Shown here: one piece after another, positions 39,598 to 53,239 of the stretch
How the letters are laid out: each line of letters starts with the position of its first letter
Position numbering within the stretch: the stretch's first letter is position 1
Assembly: GCA_965248825.1 (NCBI GenBank)
Contig: CBDFKL010000006.1
Location: forward strand, 705,255 to 769,254
Direction: 5' to 3'
Origin: Alphaproteobacteria bacterium
Lineage (GTDB): Bacteria > Pseudomonadota > Alphaproteobacteria > UBA828
DNA: 64,000 nucleotides
Translations under genes and position numbers: made by a program
The notes under the pieces: generated by a model
Told to the model about the DNA's origin: nothing
Seen by the model: the letters and a program-made list of their open reading frames with translations, nothing else
Databases searched by the model: none

Positions 39598-39996
39598 ATG
39601 CGGCTTTGGAATTATGCAGTCAAAGTGGCCGATCTCGAGGCGGCCGCGCTGTTCTATGGCAGCGTCTTGGGCGGCGAGCTGCGCCTCACCGGCCGTGTCC
39701 TCGGTTGCGACTACCGGATGCTTCGGCTCGGCGACACGCGGCTCTTCCTGTTCACGAAAGCGCCCTATGAGGACCAGCTCGAGGAACCCCTGCCGCTTGG
39801 CTTCCTGCACCTGGTCTTTGAGGTCGACGACTTCGACACCGAGGTCGCCCGGCTCCGCGAAGCGGGCGTCACCTTTTTTGTCGAACCGCAAGAGATCGAG
39901 GCCGAGTTCGGCCGGCGTCGGATCGCCTTCTTCATCGCGCCCGACGGCGTACGGACCGAGATCATGCAGATCATCACCGACACCGGTATCGCCTGA
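39598..39996 (+). CDS. VOC-family (glyoxalase/bleomycin-resistance fold) protein
   Basis: The ~130-aa beta-alpha-beta-beta-beta module contains HLVFEVDDFD. An AGGAGG ribosome-binding site lies 7 nt before ATG 39598. Alternative in-frame starts exist at 39583 and 39592. Confidence 0.65.
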   Translation: MRLWNYAVKVADLEAAALFYGSVLGGELRLTGRVLGCDYRMLRLGDTRLFLFTKAPYEDQLEEPLPLGFLHLVFEVDDFDTEVARLREAGVTFFVEPQEIEAEFGRRRIAFFIAPDGVRTEIMQIITDTGIA

Positions 39997-40024
39997 GGTG
40001 ACGGCGAGCTCTCTCAGCTCGCCG

Positions 40025-41233
40025 TCACCTCGTGCGCCCTGCTGATTCACCGTCAGCCTCGCGACGGGGCAAGCCGGCATAGAACAGCGCACTGAGAAAG
40101 GCGAGGGCGGTGATCAGGATGATAGCGGTGTCGTAGTGCCGCTCGGCGTCGTAGATCGAGCCGGCGGTGAACGGTCCGAGCAGGCCGCCGAGACCATAGG
40201 CGAGGGCGAGACGGCCATAGACTCGCGGCAGGGCAGCCGTGCCGTAATAGCCCGCGATGGTCAAGGGATGCGCGCTCGCGACCACGCCGAAGCAGACACC
40301 GATCGCGCCGATCGCGGCCAGCCCCATCATGATTCCGGGCGCAAAGAAAAGCCCGAGCAGGAGCGCACCCACGATGAGGCCGACCCCGACAAGCACACGC
40401 CGGCCGGTCAGTAGATCGGTGAGAAGACCGCCGACCAGCGCACCAAGCGCGTAACCGGCACCGACCAGCATCGGGGCGAATTGGGTTTGATCCGCCGCCG
40501 CGCCCCATGACGCCATCATCGTCGCCGCGTGACCAATCACCGAGAGCGCCGTGAACGCAATGCAGAAAAAGCCCAGGAAGATCGCGATCACCACTCGTGG
40601 TTGATCGGTCAATATGTCTTCGAATAGCCCGATCGCACCGATCGCCGGCGGCGTCTTGTTTCGAGACAGCGTGATGAGCGCGCAACCAAGGGCGGCGGCG
40701 ACGAACAGGATCACGGCCGCGACGCCGAGGGCCAGGCCGGATCCGACCGCGTCGATCAGGGCGGCAAGGGCGGGTGACCAGGCGATGCCGCCGGCAGCGA
40801 TTGCCGCCATGTTGACGCTGATTGCGATGCTTTGTGGCACCGGCCCCTCGATGCTCGCCGAGGTCATCGCAACGAAATAGAGGATGCCGGCGCCGAAACC
40901 AAAGAGCACGCCGTAGCCGATATAGAGCGCTGCGACCGACTGGCCAAGGCCGGCGAGCGCGAGGCCGCCCGCCACCACCGCGCCCATTGCCAGCGCGAGG
41001 TTTGCGAGCGACATCCAGCGTAGCAGCCGGTGCATCACAAACGTGCCGATCGTCGCCATGAACAGGCAGAGCGACTGCGCGCCGCTGACGGTCGCGCGCC
41101 CGGCTTCGAGCACCGCTTCGAACGGCTCTACGAAGACGCTCCATGCATACAGGATTCCGATCGCGAGATTGATCAGGACGCCTGCGCCAAGCGGAAAGTA
41201 GGGGCGGAACGTCCCCCTGCGGCGCGTCTCCAT
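40025..41233 (-). CDS. MFS transporter (OFA/monocarboxylate-like)
   Basis: Twelve TM helices are predicted. Start taken at METRRRG. Confidence 0.75.
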   Translation of the reverse strand: METRRRGTFRPYFPLGAGVLINLAIGILYAWSVFVEPFEAVLEAGRATVSGAQSLCLFMATIGTFVMHRLLRWMSLANLALAMGAVVAGGLALAGLGQSVAALYIGYGVLFGFGAGILYFVAMTSASIEGPVPQSIAISVNMAAIAAGGIAWSPALAALIDAVGSGLALGVAAVILFVAAALGCALITLSRNKTPPAIGAIGLFEDILTDQPRVVIAIFLGFFCIAFTALSVIGHAATMMASWGAAADQTQFAPMLVGAGYALGALVGGLLTDLLTGRRVLVGVGLIVGALLLGLFFAPGIMMGLAAIGAIGVCFGVVASAHPLTIAGYYGTAALPRVYGRLALAYGLGGLLGPFTAGSIYDAERHYDTAIILITALAFLSALFYAGLPRREADGESAGRTR

Positions 41234-41333
41234 TAGCGCTCCATTCATGCTCGATCGCGGATCCGTCACACCAGCACACCAAAGCAAAAGCCCCGCGTCT
41301 CGCGCGGGGCTTCATGGTTGGTTGCTTGGCGCC

Positions 41334-41846
41334 TTACCACGCCTCGTCGAGCGTCGCCTGCTTGTCGTGCTCCTTGAAGCGTGCGATGGCCTGCTCCAGC
41401 TTCTCCGCCTCGCGACAATAACCGTCGCAGATCTCCTTCAGCGTCGACAGGTGGCGCTCGGCCTCCTCCAGCTCGCCGACCATCAGATACGCCTCACCGA
41501 CATATTCGTGCGCGCCGCGATGCTCGGGGTCGAGGCGAAGCGCCTTTTCATAATTGGCGAAGGCGGGATCGAGTCTGCCCAAACGACGGTAGCTATAGGC
41601 GAGAAGATTGAAGCCATCCGCATCGCGCGGGTTTGCCCGCACGGCGCGCTCGAGATACTTCACGGCAAGTTTCCAGTTGCCGTCTTTGAGCGCTCGCTCG
41701 CCCTTGACGATGTCTCGGTCGTCCGCCGAGGACTTGGCGCCGTCGGTGCTTCCCGTGCTGGCGGCTCCGCTCTCCGAGATCGGAATGGCGGCGCCGAGAC
41801 CGACCAGCAGAACAACCGCAGCGAGCGCCCTCACCAGCTTCATCAT
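41334..41846 (-). CDS. secreted tetratricopeptide-repeat protein
   Basis: A signal peptide (MMKLVRALAAVVLLVGLGAA) is followed by about three TPR units (AVKYLERAVRANPRDADGFNLLAYSYRRLGRLDPAFANYEKALRLDPEH…). Confidence 0.75.
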   Translation of the reverse strand: MMKLVRALAAVVLLVGLGAAIPISESGAASTGSTDGAKSSADDRDIVKGERALKDGNWKLAVKYLERAVRANPRDADGFNLLAYSYRRLGRLDPAFANYEKALRLDPEHRGAHEYVGEAYLMVGELEEAERHLSTLKEICDGYCREAEKLEQAIARFKEHDKQATLDEAW

Positions 41847-41960
41847 GTCATGCCTCCGGTGCAGGATCGGATGGGTGGTGGCCTCAACGAACCATATAGC
41901 AACGAGATCGCTCGACCTTCATCAACTTGCGTTGAGACCGGCTCACGCAATTCGCGCGTC

Positions 41961-43502
<1,542 letters not shown>

Positions 43503-44201
43503 TCAGGATGCGCTCTCGAACGCCCCGCGATAACCGGTGGCCAGGACATAGACTTCGGACGACTCCTTCCGGCTGGCCGCGGGCTTAACGTGGCGCACTC
43601 GTTGGAATGTGCGGCGCAATCGGCTCTGGAGCGCGCGCTCGCCGCCGTCCTGCCGGAGCTTGGCGAGGAAGCATCCGCCTGGCGCGAGCAGCGGCTCGGC
43701 GAGCTCGAGCGCCGCCTCGCATAACGCCGTGACCCGCAAGCGATCGGTTGCCCCGTGGCCGGTGGTCGGCGCCGCCATGTCGCTCATCACGAGATCCGCC
43801 GGTCCGCGGAGCGCGGCGCGGATCGATGCGAGGGCGTCGGGCGCACACGCGTCGAGGATCAACGCGACGACACCGTCGATGGGCTCGATCTCGTCGATAT
43901 CCACCGCGACCACGCGTCCTGTTCGGCCGACCCGCGCCGCCGCGACCTGGCTCCAGCCGCCGGGCGCGGCACCGAGATCGACCACGCGTTGCCCCGGTCT
44001 CAGGATATCGGCCCGCTCGGCCAAGTCGATCAGCTTGAACGCCGCGCGCGAGCGATAGCCGGCTTCCCGCGCCGCCCGGACATAGGGATCGTTAAGTTGG
44101 CGCTCGAGCCAGCGGGCCGATGACGCCTTGCGGCGGCGAGCGCGCTTGAGCCGCACCGATCCACGGCGCTTGCTCGTAGCGCCCGTTCCCGGGGCGGTCA
44201 C
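43503..44201 (-). CDS. rlmE: 23S rRNA (uridine2552-2'-O)-methyltransferase RlmE/FtsJ
   Basis: The SARWLERQLNDPYV N-terminus and the SAM motif VVDLGAAPGGWSQV are present, as is the DLVMSDMAP catalytic region. The GTG start overlaps the ppx TGA. The longer ORF-track N-terminus is rejected. Confidence 0.85.
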   Translation of the reverse strand: MTAPGTGATSKRRGSVRLKRARRRKASSARWLERQLNDPYVRAAREAGYRSRAAFKLIDLAERADILRPGQRVVDLGAAPGGWSQVAAARVGRTGRVVAVDIDEIEPIDGVVALILDACAPDALASIRAALRGPADLVMSDMAAPTTGHGATDRLRVTALCEAALELAEPLLAPGGCFLAKLRQDGGERALQSRLRRTFQRVRHVKPAASRKESSEVYVLATGYRGAFESAS

Positions 44202-45343
44202 GGCCGCGAGCCCTCCGGGCGCAGAACCTGCCCGGCCCGGATCATTCGGAGCAGCATCCCCTCGCGCAATCCCCGATCGGCGACCTGCAATCCCCCCACC
44301 GGGCAGATCTCCATGATCGCCTCCAGGATCGCACACCCGGCGACGAAGACGTCGCCGCGGCCCGGACCAATACAAGGCTGCGCGGCGCGGGTGGCGAAAT
44401 CCTGATCGATGATCGTCTCGATCACCGCCTGGACCTCGGAGAATTGCAACCGCAGGCCGTCGACCCTAGCCCGCTCGTAGCGCGGCAGCCGGAGATGAAT
44501 GCCGGCGATGGTCGTCACCGTGCCCGATGTGCCGAGCAACTGGACTTCGTTCTCGGCGCATCCCGTCGAGAGGCCATGGGCGCGTGCGAACGGGGCAATC
44601 GCGGCGCCAACCTCGGCGACCATCGCGGCGTAGGTCTCACGGTCGACCCGATCGCCGCCATAGCGCTCGGCGAGCGAGACGACGCCGTGGCCAATCGAGG
44701 TCCAGGCCTCAAGCGCCGGCGGACCGCTGTCGGCGAGGCTTACCCAGATGAGCTCCGTGCTGCCACCGCCGATATCGAACAGGAGCGCTCGCGTGACCGA
44801 GCGATCGAACAGTGGCGCGCAGCCGTCAAGCGCGAGCTGGACCTCCTCGGCCGGCGATATGATCTCGATCGAAAGACCGGTTTCGCCGTCGGCCCGGTCG
44901 AGAAATGCCTGACAGTTCTCGGCGCGCCGACAGGCCTCGGTCGCCACCGCCCGATAACGGGTCACCCCGCCGCGCTTCAATTTGCCTGCGCAGACCCGGA
45001 GTGCACCGATGGTCCGCTCGATGGCGGGCTCGGAAAGGCGGCCCGATTGCGCGACACCTTCGCCGAGACGGACGATCCGCGAGAAGGCATCGACGACGCG
45101 AAAGCTCACCCCATCCGGCCGCGCCACGAGAAGCCGACAATTATTGGTCCCGAGGTCGAGCGCGCCATAGGCGTGCGAACGCCGCGAACGCGGCCCGGGC
45201 CGCTCGATCGAAGCGCCGGAGGGAGCCGGTTGGTAGACCACGGTGCCTGATCCGCCTGCTAGCGCCGGTCCACGGGTGGCGTGTGCGCGGTCTCGGCAAC
45301 GCGCCGGCCCCGACGTCGGGCGACGATCGGGCAATCTTGACAC
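44198..45343 (-). CDS. ppx: Ppx/GppA-family exopolyphosphatase / guanosine pentaphosphate phosphohydrolase
   Basis: The ASKHA-fold motifs are YGALDLGTNNCRLLVA and FDIGGGSTELIW. The true start is probably downstream of the ORF-track Met, because an N-terminal extension of ~50 aa is atypical. Confidence 0.8.
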   Translation of the reverse strand: MSRLPDRRPTSGPARCRDRAHATRGPALAGGSGTVVYQPAPSGASIERPGPRSRRSHAYGALDLGTNNCRLLVARPDGVSFRVVDAFSRIVRLGEGVAQSGRLSEPAIERTIGALRVCAGKLKRGGVTRYRAVATEACRRAENCQAFLDRADGETGLSIEIISPAEEVQLALDGCAPLFDRSVTRALLFDIGGGSTELIWVSLADSGPPALEAWTSIGHGVVSLAERYGGDRVDRETYAAMVAEVGAAIAPFARAHGLSTGCAENEVQLLGTSGTVTTIAGIHLRLPRYERARVDGLRLQFSEVQAVIETIIDQDFATRAAQPCIGPGRGDVFVAGCAILEAIMEICPVGGLQVADRGLREGMLLRMIRAGQVLRPEGSRP

Positions 45344-45380
45344 GTCCCGGTCATGTCATTAGGTGCTCATATTGACCCGC

Positions 45381-45454
45381 TGGGGGATCGTCTAACGGTA
45401 GGACAGCGGACTCTGACTCCGTAGGTCCAGGTTCGAATCCTGGTCCCCCAGCCA
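45381..45454 (+). tRNA. tRNA-Gln (anticodon CUG)
   Basis: The 74-nt cloverleaf was folded by hand. Seven acceptor pairs include U1-A70. It has a 3-bp D-stem GUC/GAC (as in bacterial tRNA-Gln), an anticodon stem GCGGA/UCCGU with loop CUCUGAC (U33-CUG-A37), a T-arm CCAGG-UUCGAAU-CCUGG, discriminator G and an encoded CCA. Confidence 0.9.
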
Positions 45455-45475
45455 CGGCTTTCCCTGCCAGCATTC

Positions 45476-46573
45476 CTACGTGTGCGTGCGGGTTTTTTCC
45501 GGATCGTAGAACGGAATCCGCGAGACGGTCGCGGTACAGCGCACGGTCTCGCCCTCGAGGTCAAACCGCGTGCCTTCGGCAGAGGCCGATGGTGCGACAT
45601 GACAGAGCGCGAGCGACTTCTTCATGCGGTGGGAATAGGCGGGGCTATTGACGACACCGACTTCGCGGCCATCGGTGTATAGCGTGGCACCGGCGTCGAC
45701 GGCATCGTCGTGATCGGCGACGATGCCCACCATGCGCACCTTGTCTTTTCCTTCGCGCGCAAGCACTGCGTCCTTGCCTCGAAAATCTCCCTTCTTGCGC
45801 GACACGGACCAGCCCATCGTGACTTCCCAGGGCGTATTCACCTCGGTCATATCGTAGGGATAAAACAGCAGCGCCGCCTCGACCCGGATCTTGTCGAGGC
45901 AGGTGAACGAGCATGGAACGATGCCCGCACTCTTGCCGCGCTCCAGGATCTCCTTCCAGAGCGGCACGATGTCGGCAGCGGGCGCGAAGATCTCATAGCC
46001 ACGCTCGCCCGAATAACCGGTCCGTGAGAGGAGCACCGGCCGGCCGAAGAGCGTCGTCTGGGCTTGGTGAAAATAGCCCAGGGCCGAGAGATCGATCGGG
46101 GTATGCGGGTCGAGAAACCCGACCGCCTCTGGCCCCTGCAGCGAGATATCGTGCAGATCGTCGTCGAACGCGACGCTCGCCTCGCGGCCTGCGGCACTCT
46201 CCTGCAAACGCTCCAGGCACGTGCCACTGCCATGGACGACGAGGAAGTCATCCTCGGCGAGCTTGAAGATGATCGCGTCGTCGCAGATCCCTCCGTCGTC
46301 GAGCAAGACGGGCCCGTAAGCCGAGCGCCCGATCGGGATCCTGGTCATGTCACGGGTAATGACGTGGTCGGCGACGGCGAGCGCGTCGCGACCGCGCAGA
46401 TGCACCTTCTTGAGCCCCGAGACGTCAAACAGACCGGCTCTTTCGCGCACCGCGTCGTGCTCGTCGCAGGGATCGCTGTGGTAGGTCCACGGCGCCCCCA
46501 TGCCGTTCCAGTCTTCGAGGTTGGAGCCGAGCGCCCGATGATGCGCGGCCAACGCCGATTCACGCTTGCTCAT
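45476..46573 (-). CDS. GcvT-family aminomethyltransferase (folate-binding; DmdA/DMG-demethylase-like)
   Basis: A GcvT N-domain (…RERAGLFDVSGLKKVHLRGRDA…) and a C-terminal barrel are present. It lies immediately downstream of a TMADH-family gene on the same strand. Confidence 0.75.
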   Translation of the reverse strand: MSKRESALAAHHRALGSNLEDWNGMGAPWTYHSDPCDEHDAVRERAGLFDVSGLKKVHLRGRDALAVADHVITRDMTRIPIGRSAYGPVLLDDGGICDDAIIFKLAEDDFLVVHGSGTCLERLQESAAGREASVAFDDDLHDISLQGPEAVGFLDPHTPIDLSALGYFHQAQTTLFGRPVLLSRTGYSGERGYEIFAPAADIVPLWKEILERGKSAGIVPCSFTCLDKIRVEAALLFYPYDMTEVNTPWEVTMGWSVSRKKGDFRGKDAVLAREGKDKVRMVGIVADHDDAVDAGATLYTDGREVGVVNSPAYSHRMKKSLALCHVAPSASAEGTRFDLEGETVRCTATVSRIPFYDPEKTRTHT

Positions 46574-46612
46574 GCCTGCCCTCCTATCGCGCGGTTAGCC
46601 CTCCGGGGCGAC

Positions 46613-48820
<2,208 letters not shown>

Positions 48821-49175
48821 TCATTACTGCAACGACGCTCCCGCTCGCGCTTGTTGTCGTTGACCTATCGGCCGGGAGGGAGCGGCGCATGGTCGATCGC
48901 TCGTCGCCGTTAAATAGCAGATTGATCACGACTTCGGTAGCCGTCCGATGGTCGGCGGCAGTATCGTTTCAGAGAAAGCCGGCGGCAGCGCTTCATGGGC
49001 TCAAGTGGTCCAACCAAATACTGGACCTGCCAATTCCCGGCTTGCCTTGACTCAACTCAAACGCACCGATATCCGTTTACATCAGTGATTGCGCCAGGAG
49101 AGCGCAATCGGTCCGAGCGCCACTTGGCATCGGACCATGGCGCGCAGCGTAGTCGCAGCCAACAGGGAGCGAATC

Positions 49176-50447
49176 ATGAGGAAAATGGGACTTACGCGAA
49201 GGCAATTCGTGGGCACGAGCGCGGCCGCGGCCAGCGCCGTCGCCGCGTCGTCGATCGGCGCCCCCTATGTCGCGCGGGGCGCGGAGAAGGTGGTCAAGCT
49301 CGGCTTCCTGGGGCCGCTCACCGGCGAGGTCGCGGGCTGGGCCCTGCCGGGCCGCAATGCTTGCCTGATCTGGGCCGACCAGGTCAACGCGGCCGGCGGC
49401 ATCAAGATCGGCGACGACAACTACATGATCGAGATCGTCTCCTACGACGACGAGTATCTGGCGGACAAGGCCCTGATCGGCGCCAAGAAGCTGGTGCTCG
49501 AGGACGAGGTCAAGATGATCTTGATGCTGGGCGGCACCGACGCGCCGGCAGCGGTGCAGTTCTTCACCAAACAGGAGATGCTGTCGACCACCCTGCTGCC
49601 GAGCGATCTCACCAGCGACACGCTCTATCACCTGGCGCCCGCCGAGGTGCATCCGCTCTACAACGTGACCGGCGTCGAGTGGCTGGCCGAGAACCGGCCG
49701 GAGCTCAAGACCGCGGCGATCTGTGCCCAGGACGACGAGCTCGGGTGGCCCTCGGTCGCGACCTACCTCGCCGCGTTCGAGGCGGCAGGCATCGATGTCG
49801 TCTACAACAAGTACTTCGACATCAACACTACCGACTTCGCGCCTGTGGTGACCGCGATGCTGGCCGAGAATCCTGACATCGTCTGCCTCGACACTGCCTA
49901 TCCGGACTTCGTCAACCTGCTCTGCGAGCAACTGTTCCTGCAGGACTACAAGGGGCAAATCATCTCCTGCACCCTCGATTTCTACCAGCGGATAATCGAG
50001 AAAACGAGCACGGAGTTCCTCGAGGGTCTGGTTTTCCAGTTCCCGGATTTCGACGACGAGGCGCTCAACGCCGACCACATCAACTTCGAGAACCCCAACG
50101 GGTTCTTCGCCGACTACAACGAGCGCTTCCCGGACGCTTGGAGCGCGGTGACCTGGGAATATCCCGCGATCGCCGAGATGTGGCGACTCGCGGCCGAGAA
50201 GGCCGGCAGCGTCGAGCCGATGGACGTGTTCGCGGCGCTGAAGGAAGGCGGGCGCGGCCCCCATGTCTTCGGCGACGCCGACTGGTGGGGCGCCGAGCTG
50301 TGGGGCATCGACAACGCGCTGGTCGGCAACTGGCCGGTGGTGCAGATCCAGGACGGCAAGGCCAAGATCGTCGAGTACCGCAATATCCTCGACTGGTATG
50401 GCAAGCACGGCGATCTGTTGATCAAGCATACCGAGGAGCAAGGCTAA
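49176..50447 (+). CDS. ABC transporter periplasmic substrate-binding protein (LivK/amide-urea type) with Tat signal
   Basis: A twin-arginine leader (MRKMGLTRRQFVGTSAAAAS) precedes a type-I periplasmic binding fold. An AGGGAG ribosome-binding site lies 6 nt upstream of ATG 49176. Confidence 0.85.
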   Translation: MRKMGLTRRQFVGTSAAAASAVAASSIGAPYVARGAEKVVKLGFLGPLTGEVAGWALPGRNACLIWADQVNAAGGIKIGDDNYMIEIVSYDDEYLADKALIGAKKLVLEDEVKMILMLGGTDAPAAVQFFTKQEMLSTTLLPSDLTSDTLYHLAPAEVHPLYNVTGVEWLAENRPELKTAAICAQDDELGWPSVATYLAAFEAAGIDVVYNKYFDINTTDFAPVVTAMLAENPDIVCLDTAYPDFVNLLCEQLFLQDYKGQIISCTLDFYQRIIEKTSTEFLEGLVFQFPDFDDEALNADHINFENPNGFFADYNERFPDAWSAVTWEYPAIAEMWRLAAEKAGSVEPMDVFAALKEGGRGPHVFGDADWWGAELWGIDNALVGNWPVVQIQDGKAKIVEYRNILDWYGKHGDLLIKHTEEQG

Positions 50448-50652
50448 CCCTGGAACCTGCGGTATCGACCACGTTATGACGCGGCGGGTCCGTCAGCAGC
50501 ACGGACCGCCGCCGGAGGGAGCCGGGGCAGTGCGGCCCCGGCTTTTCCGTTGTAGAGTTTCTTTCCCGACGATCGGATGCCTCGTCCTGCCCGGCGCGCC
50601 GTTGCCGCCGGCTTGGCGGGGCGCAGTATGCTCCTGACCCGCGCGAGGGACC

Positions 50653-51528
50653 GTGGATACTGTCGTTCAGACGCTGGTGAACGCTCTGATGCAGAGCAGC
50701 TTCATCGCGTTGATGGCGGTGGGCCTCGTTCTCATCTTCGGCGTCATGCGGGTCATCAACTTCGCCCATGGCGAGTTCTACATGGCCGGCGCCTATGTCG
50801 TGTTCTGGCTCTATGCGCAGCACGAGCTGCCCTTCTTCGCTGCCGTCGTCGCCGCCATGCTCATCGTCGGCATCATCGGCCTGATCCTGGAGCAGCTCCT
50901 GTTCAAGCCGATGCGGGACAATCCGCTCGGCGGGCTGATCATGTCCATCGGCGTGCTCTTCATCCTCCAGGTTCTGGCCTCGGTCACCTTCGGCGTCGGC
51001 CTGATGAAGCACATCCCGCCGCTCTATCCGGGGGCCACTCAACTGTTCGGCATGGACGGCGTCTCGGTGCCGTGGCAGCGCCTCGTCGCCTTCGGCATCG
51101 CCATCGTGCTGCTGATCCTGCTCTGGCTCTTCCTCAAGCGCACGCGGCTCGGCTGGGCGCTCCGGGCCTGCGCGCAGGACCGCGAGGCGGCGGCGCTGCA
51201 GGGAATGTCCATCAACAAGCTGGCGCTGATCGCGATGGGGCTCGGCGCCGGCATGGCGGGCGCCGCCGGCGCGATCATGGCGCCGCTGGTCCGCGTCTAC
51301 CCCTATATCGGCGGGCCGGTGATCGTGACCGCCTTCATCGTCATCGTCGTGGGCGGCATCGGCAGCCTCGAAGGCGCCGTGCTTGCGGCCGTGCTCTACA
51401 CCTTCTTCCACACCTTCGTCGCCACCTACCTCGACGGCACCATCGCGAGCATTCTCGGTCTCCTCCTGATGCTGGTCGTGCTGATCGTGCGGCCCGCCGG
51501 CCTCCTGGGCAAGGGTGCGAAGGTCTAA
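50653..51528 (+). CDS. branched-chain-amino-acid-type ABC permease (LivH family)
   Basis: Eight to ten TM helices are predicted. It has the LivH signature region, including INFAHGE…. Confidence 0.85.
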   Translation: MDTVVQTLVNALMQSSFIALMAVGLVLIFGVMRVINFAHGEFYMAGAYVVFWLYAQHELPFFAAVVAAMLIVGIIGLILEQLLFKPMRDNPLGGLIMSIGVLFILQVLASVTFGVGLMKHIPPLYPGATQLFGMDGVSVPWQRLVAFGIAIVLLILLWLFLKRTRLGWALRACAQDREAAALQGMSINKLALIAMGLGAGMAGAAGAIMAPLVRVYPYIGGPVIVTAFIVIVVGGIGSLEGAVLAAVLYTFFHTFVATYLDGTIASILGLLLMLVVLIVRPAGLLGKGAKV

Positions 51529-52558
51529 CCGCTTCTGGGCCACGAGCGGCGGCCTCGCGGCGCTGCTGGCGCTCATGTGCGCGCTGCCCTTCCTGGTCGC
51601 GCTCTATCGCCTCGATATCCTGATCTTTCTGCTGATCAACGTGATCCTGGCGGTCAGCTACCGCTTCCTCACGCTTGCGGGCGAGTTCTCGCTCGGCCAT
51701 GTGGTGATGATGGGGGTGGGCGCCTACGGCAGCGCGCTCGCCACCAAGGAGGCCGGGCTTTCGTTCTGGATCGCGGCGCCGCTCGCCGCGGCCTTCACCG
51801 GGCTTCTCGCCTTTGTGCTCGCCTTCCCGCTCTTCCGCATGAAGGGCTTCTATTTCCTGATCGGCTCCTTCGCCGCAGGCGAGGCGATCCGCCTCACCTG
51901 GAACCGCTTCCGCGATCCCTTCGGCGGGCCCGGCGGCCTGGTATTCATTCCCTCGCCGGAAATTCCCCTCCCCGTCCTCGGCATGTTCGACATAGCGGCG
52001 GACTCGCGCGCCTACTACTTCTTCGTGCTCGCGATCGTCATCGTCACCATCGTCATCTTCTACCGGCTGGAGCGCTCGCGCTTCGGGCTCACCCTGCACG
52101 CGATCCACTGGCAGGACGTGCTGGCGGAATCGGTCGGCGTGCACATCTGGTGGTACAAGACCTTCGCCCTCGTGGTGGCGTCGGCCTTCGCCGGGCTCTC
52201 CGGCGCGCTACTCGGCCACTATCTCGGCACCGTCAACCCCACCCAGTTCAACCTGCACATCATGCTCTTCGTGCTGGTGTGGGTGATCGTAGGCGGCACG
52301 CGCACCATCGCCGGCCCCATCCTCGGCGTCGCGGTGCTGACGATCGTCGACCAGGGGTTGCGCGGCCTCGACGAATGGCGGCCGCTGTTCTACGGCGCGA
52401 TTCTAATTCTCACCGTGTTGTTCCTTCCCCAGGGGCTGGAGAGCCTGCCGCGGCGGGTCATGGGCTGGTGGGAGGCGATCCGGGGCGGGCGAGAGCCTGC
52501 CCTCAGCGACGACGAAGGACCACCGGAGTCAGATAGACCGCCGCCTCGAGACGCCTGA
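51515..52558 (+). CDS. branched-chain-amino-acid-type ABC permease (LivM family)
   Basis: It has a polytopic LivM-like layout and overlaps the livH stop. Confidence 0.85.
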   Translation: MRRSNRFWATSGGLAALLALMCALPFLVALYRLDILIFLLINVILAVSYRFLTLAGEFSLGHVVMMGVGAYGSALATKEAGLSFWIAAPLAAAFTGLLAFVLAFPLFRMKGFYFLIGSFAAGEAIRLTWNRFRDPFGGPGGLVFIPSPEIPLPVLGMFDIAADSRAYYFFVLAIVIVTIVIFYRLERSRFGLTLHAIHWQDVLAESVGVHIWWYKTFALVVASAFAGLSGALLGHYLGTVNPTQFNLHIMLFVLVWVIVGGTRTIAGPILGVAVLTIVDQGLRGLDEWRPLFYGAILILTVLFLPQGLESLPRRVMGWWEAIRGGREPALSDDEGPPESDRPPPRDA

Positions 52559-53213
52559 GGTCGTTCTGCGCCCGGCCGTCCGGGCCGGCGGCCAGACGCG
52601 CCGGCCCGAAGTCTACCGGATCGCGCTCGATTGCCTCGGCCCGCCGCCGGGCATCCAGCGCCGCCGCCTCGTCCCCCGCCTCCAGCCTGAGCGCCGCGAG
52701 CGCCCGCAAGATCGCGGCGAGGTCGGCATCGCGGTAGCCGAGGCCCTCCGAACGCCTGGCCTGGGCCTCCTCCAGGGCGGCAGCCGGGTCGCGCGCAAGA
52801 TGGGCGCCGCCGGCGAGCGCGGCGGCCCGCCCGGCGCCGAGCAGCCTGGTGAACTCGGCGCGGGCGAGCGCGTCATAGCCGCCAGGGTGCTTCAGCGCGA
52901 GGCGCAGGTGGAAGCTCGAGCTGCGCGCGCGCTGGCCGATCTCCATGCGCGCCACCCAAAGCGTCGCAGCATCCCAGGCTTGAAGCGCCCGACGGAAGCC
53001 CCTGCGCGCCGCCGCCGCATCGCCGGCTGCACCATGGCAGAGCGCGAGATGGGTTCGGCTCGCCGCCCGGCGCGGATCGTCGGCAACGAACGCCCGGGTG
53101 TTCGCGGCCGCAGCGCGCCAGGCGGTGTAGGCCTCGGCAACGCGGTTTTCCCGGAAGGCGGCCAAGCCACCGAGCGTCCGCACCTCCCAGCGTTGCTCGA
53201 CCTGCAGCGTCAC
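52503..53213 (-). CDS. hypothetical alanine-rich alpha-helical (TPR-like) protein downstream of the ABC ATPase genes
   Basis: A GTG with a GAGGG ribosome-binding site lies 27 nt after the livF-like stop. The frame is open for 236 aa with strong third-position G/C bias and a repetitive AEAY…ALQAW…LEEAQARR helical pattern. It could still be a GC-rich artefact. Confidence 0.3.
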   Translation of the reverse strand: MTLQVEQRWEVRTLGGLAAFRENRVAEAYTAWRAAAANTRAFVADDPRRAASRTHLALCHGAAGDAAAARRGFRRALQAWDAATLWVARMEIGQRARSSSFHLRLALKHPGGYDALARAEFTRLLGAGRAAALAGGAHLARDPAAALEEAQARRSEGLGYRDADLAAILRALAALRLEAGDEAAALDARRRAEAIERDPVDFGPARLAAGPDGRAQNDLRRLEAAVYLTPVVLRRR

Positions 53214-53239
53214 TCTCGCGACCCTCGGAGCGCGCCGGC

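Noticed and set aside
45455-45475. T6 run right after tRNA-Gln (…gtgcgtgcgggttttttcc)
   Set aside because: I could not fold a convincing stem immediately 5' of the T-run, so it is not called as a terminator.
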